From Squalus acanthias (taxonomy: Eukaryota): a stretch of DNA of 64,000 nucleotides. The notes under the pieces are model-generated. The model worked only from the letters and a program-made list of their open reading frames with translations, was not told the DNA's origin and did not search any database. The translations under genes were made by a program, and so were the position numbers. The DNA is taken from positions 131,442,001-131,506,000 of the forward strand of contig CM059432.1 of NCBI GenBank assembly GCA_030390025.1. Reading direction: 5' to 3'. Shown in pieces: positions 11,514 to 21,964 of this stretch. Each line of letters begins with the position of its first letter. The first letter of the stretch is position 1.

Positions 11514-13626
11514 TTTCTTCACAGGCTGTTGTCGGGAGCGACGAGACCGGAGGTGCTGTGAGGTGCTGTGAGTATTTGAACTCACTTTCGCGGGCTTTTC
11601 TTCACAGGCTGTTGTCGGGAGCGACGAGACCGGAGGTGCTGTCAGGTGCTGTGAGTATTTGAACTCACTTTCGCGGGCTTTTCTTCACAGGCTGTTGTCG
11701 GGAGCGACGAGACCGGAGGTGCTGTGAGGTGCTGTGAGTATTTGAACTCACTTTCGCGGGCTTTTCTTCACAGGCTGTTGTCGGGAGCGACGAGACCGGA
11801 GGTGCTGTCAGGTGCTGTGAGTATTTGAACTCACTTTCGCGGGCTTTTCTTCACAGGCTGTTGTCGGGAGCGACGAGACCGGAGGTGCTGTGAGGTGCTG
11901 TGAGTATTTGAACTCACTTTCGCGGGCTTTTCTTCACAGGCTGTTGTCGGGAGCGACGAGACCAGAGGTGCTGTGAGGTGCTGTGAGTATTTGAATTCAC
12001 TTTCGCGGGCTTTTCTTCACAGGCTGTTGTCGGGAGCGACGAGACCGGAGGTGCTGTGAGGTGCTGTGAGTATTTGAATTCACTTTCGCGGGCTTTTCTT
12101 CACAGGCTGTTGTCGGGAGCGACGAGACCGGAGGTGCTGTGAGGTGCTGTGAGTATTTGAACTCACTTTCGCGGGCTTTTCTTCACAGGCTGTTGTCGGG
12201 AGCGACGAGACCGGAGGTGCTGTGAGGTGCTGTGAGTATTTGAACTCACTTTCGCGGGCTTTTCTTCACAGGCTGTTGTCGGGAGCGACGAGACCGGAGG
12301 TGCTGTGAGGTGCTGTGAGTATTTGAACTCACTTTCGCGGGCTTTTCTTCACAGGCTGTTGTCGGGAGCGACGAGACCGGAGGTGCTGTCAGGTGCTGTG
12401 AGTATTTGAACTCACTTTCGCGGGCTTTTCTTCACAGGCTGTTGTCGGGAGCGACGAGACCGGAGGTGCTGTCAGGTGCTGTGAGTATTTGAACTCACTT
12501 TCGCGGGCTTTTCTTCACAGGCTGTTGTCGGGAGCGACGAGACCGGAGGTGCTGTGAGGTGCTGTGAGTATTTGAACTCACTTTCGCGGGCTTTTCTTCA
12601 CAGGCTGTTGTCGGGAGCGACGAGACCGGAGGTGCTGTCAGGTGCTGTGAGTATTTGAACTCACTTTCGCGGGCTTTTCTTCACAGGCTGTTGTCGGGAG
12701 CGACGAGACTGGAGGTGCTGTCAGGAGCTGTGAGTATTTGAACTCACTTTCGCGGGCTTTTCTTCACAGGCTGTTGTCGGGAGCGACGAGACCGGAGGTG
12801 CTGTGAGGTGCTGTGAGTATTTGAACTCACTTTCGCGGGCTTTTCTTCACAGGCTGTTGTCGGGAGCGACGAGACCGGAGGTGCTGTGAGGTGCTGTGAG
12901 TATTTGAACTCACTTTCGCGGGCTTTTCTTCACAGGCTGTTGTCGGGAGCGACGAGACCGGAGGTGCTGTGAGGTGCTGTGAGTATTTGAACTCACTTTC
13001 GCGGGCTTTTCTTCACAGGCTGTTGTCGGGAGCGACGAGACCGGAGGTGCTGTGAGGTGCTGTGAGTATTTGAACTCACTTTCGCGGGCTTTTCTTCACA
13101 GGCTGTTGTCGGGAGCGACGAGACCGGAGGTGCTGTCAGGTGCTGTGAGTATTTGAACTCACTTTCGCGGGCTTTTCTTCACAGGCTGTTGTCGGGAGCG
13201 ACGAGACCGGAGGTGCTGTCAGGTGCTGTGAGTATTTGAACTCACTTTCGCGGGCTTTTCTTCACAGGCTGTTGTCGGGAGCGACGAGACCGGAGGTGCT
13301 GTGAGGTGCTGTGAGTATTTGAACTCACTTTCGCGGGCTTTTCTTCACAGGCTGTTGTCGGGAGCGACGAGACCGGAGGTGCTGTCAGGTGCTGTGAGTA
13401 TTTGAACTCACTTTCGCGGGCTTTTCTTCACAGGCTGTTGTCGGGAGCGACGAGACTGGAGGTGCTGTCAGGAGCTGTGAGTATTTGAACTCACTTTCGC
13501 GGGCTTTTCTTCACAGGCTGTTGTCGGGAGCGACGAGACCGGAGGTGCTGTGAGGTGCTGTGAGTATTTGAACTCACTTTCGCGGGCTTTTCTTCACAGG
13601 CTGTTGTCGGGAGCGACGAGACCGGA
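11514..13626 (+). repeat. Tandem array of an 83-bp monomer, 25 full copies plus a partial
   Basis: ACAGG recurs every 83 nt from 11521 to 13596; units differ only by a few substitutions and there are no spacers. Confidence 0.98.
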
Positions 13627-14071
13627 AGCGGACCAGGTGGGAAGCACCCAGGTGAACGGCATTTAAGGAGGGTGGTGGCTTAAACCCGAGTTCCTACAGA
13701 GTAGGAACCCCCACCCGCCCTCCTCCTCTAACCTACTAGTCTTTTAGCAGTCTAAAAACAGAGTTCACAAATTTTTTGGTCTCAGTTTCTTTTCAGCAGG
13801 GCAGGACGGTTACCGGGAGGAGCGGGAAGTCGGCGTAGGACCAAGGGGACACAAGACCGGGAAGTCAGCGAAAGACCAGGGAGGTAAGACTAACTGGTAA
13901 GTACTTTCCTCAAACCTTCCTAGAAAGTAAAACTAAAACTAGTGGGATTTGGTTAGTTTAAAAAGGAATAAGAAGAGTACAGTATACATTGGTCTAAGTA
14001 AGCTTCGGGAAAACAAAAGTCAATAAATAAACTAAAACTAGAAAATTAAAAAGTAATATAAGGGTTAAGTC

Positions 14072-15022
14072 ATGGCAGTAGAGCTCGGACCTGTGTCATG
14101 CTCCTCCTGTAACATATGGGAAATCAGGGACGCTTCCTGTGTCCCTGACAACCATGTGTGCGGGAAGTGTGTCCAGCTGCAGCTCATGTGGGACCGCATG
14201 ACGGCCCTTGAGCTGCGGATGGACTCACTTTGGAGCATCCACGATTCTGAGAGGGTTGTGGATAGCACATTTAGTGAGTTGGTCACACCGCAGGTTAAGG
14301 CCAGCGTAGATAGTACATGGGTGACCAAAAGGCAGAGCAAGGGCAGGAAGGTAGTGCAGAAATCCCCTGGATTTTTTGTCTCCCTTAGCAACAGGTTCAC
14401 CGCCTTAGGTGCTGTTGTCGGGGGGGATGACTCATCGGGGGAAGGCACCAGCAGCCAGGCTCATGGCACCATGACTGGCTCTGTTGCAAAGAAGGGAGGG
14501 AAAAAGAGTGGCAGGGCTATAGTAATAGGGGATTCGATTGTAAGGGGAATAGATAGGGGTTTCTGTGGTCGCGACCGAGACTCCAGGATGGTATGTTGCC
14601 TCCCTGGTGCAAGGGTCAAGGATGTCTCGGCGCGGGTGCAGAACATTCTGGAGGGGGAGGGGGAACAGCCAGTTGTCGTGATACATGTTGGTACCAACGA
14701 CGTAGCTAAAAAAAGGGAAGAGGTCCTACAAGTAGAATTTAGGGAGTTAGGAGCCAAGCTAAAAAGTAGGACCTCGAAGGTAGTAATCTCTGGATTACTA
14801 CCAGTGCCACGTGCTAGTAAGAGTACAGAGAACAGGATAGTTAGGCTAAATACGTGGCTTGAGCAGTGGTGTAAGAGGGAGGGTTTTAAATTTTTGAGGC
14901 ATTGGAACCAGTTTTGTGGTAGGTGTGACCTATACAAAAGGGACGGTCTACACCTGTGCAAAGATGGAACTGATGTTCTCGGGGTAATTTTTGATAAAGC
15001 AGTTCGGGAGCATTTAAACTAG
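14072..15022 (+). CDS. CR1 ORF1p, 316 aa: zinc finger/leucine zipper + SGNH esterase
   Basis: CSSC-X16-CGKC, heptad leucines, esterase blocks GDS, PGA, GTND and DGLH all intact. Confidence 0.95.
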   Translation: MAVELGPVSCSSCNIWEIRDASCVPDNHVCGKCVQLQLMWDRMTALELRMDSLWSIHDSERVVDSTFSELVTPQVKASVDSTWVTKRQSKGRKVVQKSPGFFVSLSNRFTALGAVVGGDDSSGEGTSSQAHGTMTGSVAKKGGKKSGRAIVIGDSIVRGIDRGFCGRDRDSRMVCCLPGARVKDVSARVQNILEGEGEQPVVVIHVGTNDVAKKREEVLQVEFRELGAKLKSRTSKVVISGLLPVPRASKSTENRIVRLNTWLEQWCKREGFKFLRHWNQFCGRCDLYKRDGLHLCKDGTDVLGVIFDKAVREHLN

Positions 15023-17964
15023 TATGGCAGGGGGCTAGAAACCTATGTAGTGAAATAGAGGAAAGTGAAAGGCAGACAGAAATAAATGGTAAAAGGGTGA
15101 GGAACAAAAAACAAAGGGCCAAACTAATTCATAAAAAATGTGAGCATAAAAAAAGCCTGAGGATTTTATACCTTAATGCGAGAAGCATCAGGAACAAGGT
15201 AGATGAATTAGCTGTGGAAATAGAGGTTAATAATTATGATCTAATTGGGATTACGGAAACATGGTTGCAGGGTGAGCAGGGCTGGGAGCTTAACATACAG
15301 GGGTATTCAGTATTTAGGAAGGATCGACAAAAAAGAAAGGGAGGAGGGGTAGCATTGCTGGTAAAAGAGGGGATAAATGCAATTGAAAGGAAGGATATTA
15401 ACTCAGTTAATACAGAATCTATATGGGTGGAGCTAAGAAATAGCGAGGGGCGAAAAACATTAATAGGAGTGGTATATAGGCCTCCAAATAGTAAAATAGA
15501 GGTTGGGGAGGGCATCACGAGGGAAATTAGAGAAGCGTGCAATAAGAGCACAGCTGTCATCATAGGTGACTTTAACTTACATATAGATTGGACTAGCCTA
15601 ATCAGTAAAAATAATGAGGAGGAGGAATTCCTTGAGTGTTTAAGGGATGGTTATCTGGATCAATATGTCGAGGAACCAACTCGGGAACAGGCTATATTGG
15701 ACTGGGTACTGTGCAATGAGAAGGGACTAATTAGTAATCTTGTTGTACGGGGACCCTTGGGTCAGAGCGATCATAACATGATCGATTTCTCACTCGAAAT
15801 GGAGAGCGAAGAAATTGACTCAGAGACTAAGGTCCTGAATTTAAACAAGGGGAATTATGATGCCATTAGACGGGAACTGAGTAGGTCTGATTGGACAACG
15901 TTCCTGGGAGGACTGGAGGTAGATAAACAATGGCAAGCATTTAAAGATAGAATGACAAAATTGCAAAAATTGTTTATACCAATCTGGCATAAAAGGAAAT
16001 CTAAAAAGGTGACTCAACCGTGGATAACAGGGGAAATTAGAGACAGCATAAAATCCAAAGATAGGGCGTATAAATTAGCCAAAAAAAGCGCCAGAGCGGA
16101 AGATTGGGAACAGTTTAAGATAGAGCAAAGGAGGACAAAGGGCTTAATCAAGAGGGGCAAAATAGCTTACGAAAGCAAGCTGGCGGAAAATATAAAAACT
16201 AACTCCAAAAGCTTTTATAAGTATATCAAGAGGAAAAGACTGGTGAAAACCAAAGTTGGTCCATTGCAGTCAGATACGGGGGAATATATAACGGGAAATA
16301 AGGAAATGGCAGACCAACTAAATGCATACTTTGGGTCAGTCTTTACGAAGGAAGACACAAAAAACCTCCCTGGGATATCGGGAAAAATAGGGACATTGGC
16401 AAAGGAGGAACTGACGCAAATCAATATCTCTAAGGATATGGTGTTAAGGAAGCTAAAGGGATTGAAGGCGGACAAATCCCCAGGGCCTGATAACATGCAT
16501 CCTAGGGTGCTGAAGGAGGTGGCCCTAGAGATAGCGGATGCACTAAGTATGATTTTTCAGAATTCATTAGACTCGGGAACGGTGCCCATGGATTGGAGGG
16601 TAGCTAACGTTACCCCACTATTCAAAAAGGGGGGTAGGGAAAAAGCAGGTAATTACAGACCTGTAAGCCTTACATCAGTTGTGGGCAAAATGCTGGAGTC
16701 CATCATTAAGGATGAAATAGCGGAGCACTTAGCAAATGGGGACAGGATAGGACAGAGTCAACATGGATTTACAAAGGGTAAATCGTGCTTGACGAATCTA
16801 TTGGAATTTTTTGAGGGAGTAACTGGTAAAATAGATGGGGGAGAGCCAGTAGATGTGGTGTACCTGGACTTCCAAAAGGCCTTCGACAAGTTCCCACATA
16901 AAAGATTAACATGGAAAATTGAAGCTCATGGGATAAAGGGGAAAGTATTGACGTGGATAGAGAACTGGCTGTCAGATAGAAAACAGAGAGTTGGAATAAA
17001 CGGCTCATTTTCTGAATGGCAGGCAGTAACAAGTGGGGTACCACAGGGATCTGTCCTGGGTCCCCAGCTGTTCACAATTTACATTAATGACCTGGATCAG
17101 GGAGTCGGATGCAGCATTTCCAAATTTGCAGACGACACTAAACTAGGAGGGTGGGTGGGCTCAGAGGAGGAGACCAGGAAGCTCCAGAGCGATTTGGACA
17201 GACTGGGTGATTGGGCGGATAAATGGCAGATGCACTATAATGTGGACAAGTGCGAAGTTATCCACCTTGGGTGCAGGAACGGGAGGGCAAATTATTATTT
17301 AAATGGCAATAAATTGGGAGAGGGGGAAGTACAGAGAGACCTGGGTGTTCTTGTACACCAGTCACTGAAGGCGAGCATGCAGGTGCAACAGGCGGTCAAG
17401 AAGGCAAACGGTATGCTGGCCTTCATAGCAAAAGGGTTGGAATACAGGAACAGGGATACCTTGCTGCAGCTGTACAGGGCACTGGTGAGACCACACCTCG
17501 AGTACTGTGTACAGTTTTGGTCGCCTCATCTGAGGAAAGATGTTCTTGCCATGGAGGGGGTGCAGCGGCGATTCACCAGGCTGATACCAGGAATGGCGGG
17601 ATTGACCTATGAGGAGAGACTATGTAGTTTAGGGATGTACACACTGGAGTTTAGAAGATTGAGAGGGGACCTCATAGAAGTGTATAAAATTCTGACAGGT
17701 CTAGACAGACTAGATGCAGAAGGAATGTTTCCCTTGGCGGGTGAGAACAGAACTAGAGGACATAATTTAAGGATAAGGGCTAAACCATTTAGGACAGAAA
17801 TGAGGGGGAATTTCTTCACTCAGAGGGTGGTGAACCTGTGGAACTCATTGCCACAGAGGGCAGTGTACGCCAGCTCATTAAATATATTTAAGAGGGAATT
17901 AGATATATTTCTACAGGCAAAAGGGGTTAAGGGTTACGGAGAGAAGGCGGGGACGGGATACTGA
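15013..17964 (+). CDS. CR1 ORF2p: AP endonuclease + reverse transcriptase (no AUG upstream of the endonuclease)
   Basis: Frame is open from 14998 to 17964; YLNARS, ITETW, YRPP, GDFN, SDHN, NYRPVSLTS, PQGSVLGP and FADD. The start is drawn at the putative slippery site. Confidence 0.95.
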   Translation, partial: FKLVWQGARNLCSEIEESERQTEINGKRVRNKKQRAKLIHKKCEHKKSLRILYLNARSIRNKVDELAVEIEVNNYDLIGITETWLQGEQGWELNIQGYSVFRKDRQKRKGGGVALLVKEGINAIERKDINSVNTESIWVELRNSEGRKTLIGVVYRPPNSKIEVGEGITREIREACNKSTAVIIGDFNLHIDWTSLISKNNEEEEFLECLRDGYLDQYVEEPTREQAILDWVLCNEKGLISNLVVRGPLGQSDHNMIDFSLEMESEEIDSETKVLNLNKGNYDAIRRELSRSDWTTFLGGLEVDKQWQAFKDRMTKLQKLFIPIWHKRKSKKVTQPWITGEIRDSIKSKDRAYKLAKKSARAEDWEQFKIEQRRTKGLIKRGKIAYESKLAENIKTNSKSFYKYIKRKRLVKTKVGPLQSDTGEYITGNKEMADQLNAYFGSVFTKEDTKNLPGISGKIGTLAKEELTQINISKDMVLRKLKGLKADKSPGPDNMHPRVLKEVALEIADALSMIFQNSLDSGTVPMDWRVANVTPLFKKGGREKAGNYRPVSLTSVVGKMLESIIKDEIAEHLANGDRIGQSQHGFTKGKSCLTNLLEFFEGVTGKIDGGEPVDVVYLDFQKAFDKFPHKRLTWKIEAHGIKGKVLTWIENWLSDRKQRVGINGSFSEWQAVTSGVPQGSVLGPQLFTIYINDLDQGVGCSISKFADDTKLGGWVGSEEETRKLQSDLDRLGDWADKWQMHYNVDKCEVIHLGCRNGRANYYLNGNKLGEGEVQRDLGVLVHQSLKASMQVQQAVKKANGMLAFIAKGLEYRNRDTLLQLYRALVRPHLEYCVQFWSPHLRKDVLAMEGVQRRFTRLIPGMAGLTYEERLCSLGMYTLEFRRLRGDLIEVYKILTGLDRLDAEGMFPLAGENRTRGHNLRIRAKPFRTEMRGNFFTQRVVNLWNSLPQRAVYASSLNIFKRELDIFLQAKGVKGYGEKAGTGY

Positions 17965-18289
17965 ATTGGAGGATCAGCCATGATCTCATTAAATGGCGGA
18001 GCAGGCTCGAAGGGCCGGATGGCCTACTCCTGCTCCTATCTTCTATGTATCTATGTATCTATGTATTAAGGTTTGATCACGTGACGTTTGTTCACGTGGC
18101 ACTTGATCATGTGACATTTGCCCGCAGTTTGCAAACGTTATTGCATTCACCTTATACAGGCTGCGACCCCTGCAGTTGAGTGTCTTTGCTCCCCGTGAGC
18201 ATAACAAAAATGTTTTTGCTCACTGGCAGGGAGGGACTGGGTATCAGGAAATCGGGAAATTTCCCGAGTGTCCCCATGCTCTCCACCGC

Positions 18290-18550
18290 CCTGAGAGTTG
18301 CTCTCCGATTTCCCCCCCCCCACCGAGAGATGCTCTCTGACCCCCCGAGAGTTGCTCTCTGATTCCCCCCCCACCCCCCCATCACCAAGAGTTGCTCTCT
18401 GAACCCCCCCCGAGAGTTGCTCATGACCCCCCGAGAGTTGCTCTCTGACACCCTGAGTGTTGCTCTCTGACACCCCGAGAGTTGCTCTCTGACCCCCCCC
18501 CCAAGAGTTGCTCTCTGACCACCACCCCCCCCCCCGAGATTCCCTCTGAT
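18290..18550. repeat. Minisatellite of ~21-35-nt units GAGAGTTGCTCTCTGA(C)n
   Basis: About ten copies with variable-length C tracts. Confidence 0.85.
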
Positions 18551-18939
18551 TATTTTTAAGAATTGATCACTTTCACCAGGGCAGTCTCAGTTTTCAGTAA
18601 CTTGTACCAACATACTCAATATGTCAGGGGTGTTTATTTTTCTCTTTAGTGCTGCACTCTTCAGCCCCCCATTAAAAGCTTGCCTGCTGGATGCATGCTC
18701 TGACAGCTCGCTGCTTAATGTTGCACAGCCTGGAAGGATCCGAAGCCATAAAGGTTGACGACTGTTGTCACTTTAAATAGTTGCGACAATGGAGCAAGTC
18801 TGTAAATCTTCGTGACGAAGTTGGCAGAGATGTCCAATGGCATCCTGAGAGATCTTCGTAGGGCCGCTGCGACCTGTACACACGTTGGGGAGGGTGGTAC
18901 CTGGTGAGCTTTTGTCCTCTGGCTTGCTGCCTAAACTGG

Positions 18940-19175
18940 ACACGCTGCCTGGGCCCCAAGCTCTGGAATTCCCTCCCTAAACCTCTCCGCCTCTCTACCT
19001 CTCTTCCTTTAAGACGCTCCTTAAAACCTACCTCTTTGACCACGCTTTTGGTCATCTGTCCAAATATGAGGCTCAGTGTCAAATTATGTCTGATGGCACT
19101 CCTGTGAAAAGCCTTGGGATGTTTTATTATGTTAAAGGCACTATATAAATGTGCGTTATTGTTGTTGCTGCTGCA
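18940..19175 (+). mobile_element. L2-like LINE 3' fragment
   Basis: Same sequence family as 9837-10150. Confidence 0.7.
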
Positions 19176-19624
19176 ACTTCCCCTCCATTATGACGGCACA
19201 GAGCGGCATTCCCATGAGGAAAATCATCCCTTCTCTGAAGTTGATCTAAGTGTGGGGTTGGGCAGTCGGGTGCCCCCCCCCCAAAAATCTGGGCAGAGAG
19301 TAAAGAGCTACACTAAAATGGAGTGCAGGTGTCAGTGATTTAAAAAATATATGAAGGAAGGGGTTAAAAACAGTTCCTTGGAAGGCTGTAATCAGTAAAG
19401 TGAAGTTGATGCCCTCTTCAACAACTCCTCACTTACACTTGTGCTAGGGGAAGCTGTTAGACTTTTTGTTTTGGGTGTAAAGTTGCACCGATTGCAGGAG
19501 CCATATAAACCCAGGAAATTTCCATGGGCTTGAACAGTGCAGCTATGCAAATGAGCCCCGAGGGGCTTTAATGGGCGTGAAATTTGCGCTTAGCGCAATA
19601 ACAGCACCTGAGCGGTGTAACGTG

Positions 19625-20305
19625 TGAAGAGGGGCTTTAGAGCTCTACTATGATTAAAGGGTTAAGAATGAGTCAGGAACTAAATGAGCTAATAAGTCTG
19701 TTTGCAGAAGTAAGCTGTCTTAAGTTGCTGAACTGATAGTTGAGATAACGCTAAGAATGACATGTTGATTTCGCAGTAGTGTTAGAATGATTATCTGCGG
19801 CGAGCTGTGTAACTTGGAGATAATTGCAACTAGTCACCATTGAACCACAAGAGGCCTAGAGGGGCAGGTAAGCAGAACAATGAGTCAGGAGTCTTCTTCT
19901 TCGAAGAATGTACAATATTGGTGAAGCCCCACCTGGCATAAGCACAATGTCATCGTTGCAGCAACAGCTTGCGGTGATAACGGTCATATGCTTTTCTGGT
20001 AATGGAGGCGGTATCTTGATGTCACGCGTTGATAGGTGGCGTTAATGTAAGCTTTGCTTTATTTTATATAACCAATCAGTAAATGTGCACCGGGGCGAAA
20101 CCCAATCAAATTGCTAAGATGGATCGTGCACGAGGCTAATCGTGTACCTATATTTTGTATAAAAGACTGCTTAAAACTTTGTATCATCAGAGAGAAGCCT
20201 GGCTAGACAGATAATAGGTTGTCTCCCCACCAGTGCGCATAAAGACTGCTTGAACCTTCGAACGCAGACCTGGTGTCGAGTGTTTATTACAAATACTCTA
20301 CTTCA
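19625..20305 (+). mobile_element. Solo LTR (681 bp)
   Basis: TGAAG...CTTCA termini, 4-bp TSD CGTG/TGTG, CCAAT at 20072 and 20102, TATAAAA at 20158, CATAAA at 20238. Confidence 0.8.
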
Positions 20306-21359
20306 TGTGCTAAAACGGCATAACAACAGCGGAAGTGCTGAAGACAACGAGGAAAATCAGGGCCATTGATTTTTTTTCCTTCACTCCCCTCCTCCTGTAC
20401 TCCAGTGTGTATGTATGCTGTGTATGTGTGTGAGTGTTGGAGGAGGGAGAGGGGGAGAGAGACAGTCCTGAGAGTGAGAATGAAAGTGGGGAGTATAGTT
20501 ATGAAGCGAGATACTGTGGTCTACCTGGGCCCAGTGCTTGGGGCCTTCAAAGACAGGCTCTCGGTGGTGCGGGACTAGCTCTTTGATTCTAGTTCACTGT
20601 TCCTGTGGCGTGCAAAGGAATACCAAACGAGCTCAAACAAGTTTTAAAGGTATAAAATGTTGCTGTTAAAGGTGTGTCTCAGCAGAATTCAACCACAGTA
20701 TGAAGAGTGCATTTCCCAGCTTAGTGAATGTTCAGCAACACGCTTTGTCCTTTTTTGGCCTGCTTAGAATTGTACTGAATTTCAAAACTATGAAAAATAT
20801 GTCTCAATAATAAAATATCAAATGCAGCTTTTCATGATAACATGAAAAGCAATTGAACAGATAGAACCTCCTCATCTGCCTGGGTGCTTGCTAGCACTAG
20901 TCTGAACATTATCTTTAGCAATTTGAGACTTTAATTGTCAATAATTTCTCTGCCATTTTCTCCCTTTCACACGCTACGTTATTTCTTTTTACTTTGGAGC
21001 TGTTTTCTCACCTTTTGTCTTTTTTATCTATAATTAAAACTGGTGTGCCGGTTGTTTATTTGTTCATGTGCAGGGTGCACACGACATGTACATTGATAGC
21101 TCATTTTCAATTCAACCAGACTTTAACTTATTATTCTATTCCCTTTGAATACATCTTAAATGCATATCTTTACACAACAAATAGAAATGGTTATAACTTG
21201 GAAATATGAATATATATATATATGTCTAAGTTAGACAACAGTATAAGGCAGTATCACTTTTTATATTTTATTGCCTTTGTGATAACACTCCCATAAAATG
21301 GTGAGTATAGGGGTTGCTTTGGAGTTTTTCCATTAAGACTGGGACTAAAACCTACTAAA

Positions 21360-21931
21360 ATCTTCCTTTCTTTCTCTTTCTCGCTCTCTCTTTCTCTCTC
21401 TTTCTCTCTCTCTGTCTCTTGCTCTCTTTCTCTCTCTCTTTCTCTCTCTCTGTCTCTTCCTCTCTCGTTCTTTTTCTCTTCTTTCTCTCTCTCTTTTTCT
21501 CTCTCTCTCTTTTTCTCTCTGTGTCTCTTGCTCTCTTTCTTTCTCTTTCTTTCTCTCTCTCTGTCTCTTTCTCTCTCTCTGTCTCTCTCTCTTTCTCTTT
21601 CTTTTTCTCTCTCTCTTTCTCTTTCTTTCTCTTTCTCACTCTCTCTTTCTCTTTCTTTCTCTCTCTCTGTCTCTTGTTCTGTTTCTCTCTCTCTTTCTCT
21701 CTCTCTGTCTCTCTCTCTTTCTCTTTCTCGCTCTCTCTTTCTCTTTCTTTCTCTCTCTCTGTCTTTTGCTCTGTTTCTCTCTCTCTTTCTCTCTCTCTGT
21801 CTCTCTCTCTTTCTCTTTCTCTTTCTCGCTCTCTCTTTCTCTTTCTTTCTCTCTCTCTGTCTCTTGCTCTGTTTCTCTCTCTCTTTCTCTCTCTGTCTCT
21901 TCCTCTCTTGTTCTTTTTCTCTCTTTCTTTC

Positions 21932-21964
<33 letters not shown>

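Larger units (their letters stand above)
11514..18066 (+). mobile_element. Full-length, apparently intact CR1 LINE with tandem-monomer 5' UTR
   Basis: Monomer array, unique 5' UTR, uninterrupted ORF1 and ORF2, 3' UTR and (TCTATGTA)n tail; ATGT is present at both junctions. Confidence 0.97.

Noticed and set aside
11514..13626. CRISPR array
   Set aside because: Units are head-to-tail with no unique spacers, there are no cas genes, and the context is a eukaryotic LINE 5' UTR.
11514..13626. Tandem hammerhead or HDV-like ribozymes in the monomers
   Set aside because: No CUGANGA core in the correct context on either strand and no convincing HDV fold; only simple hairpins are supported.
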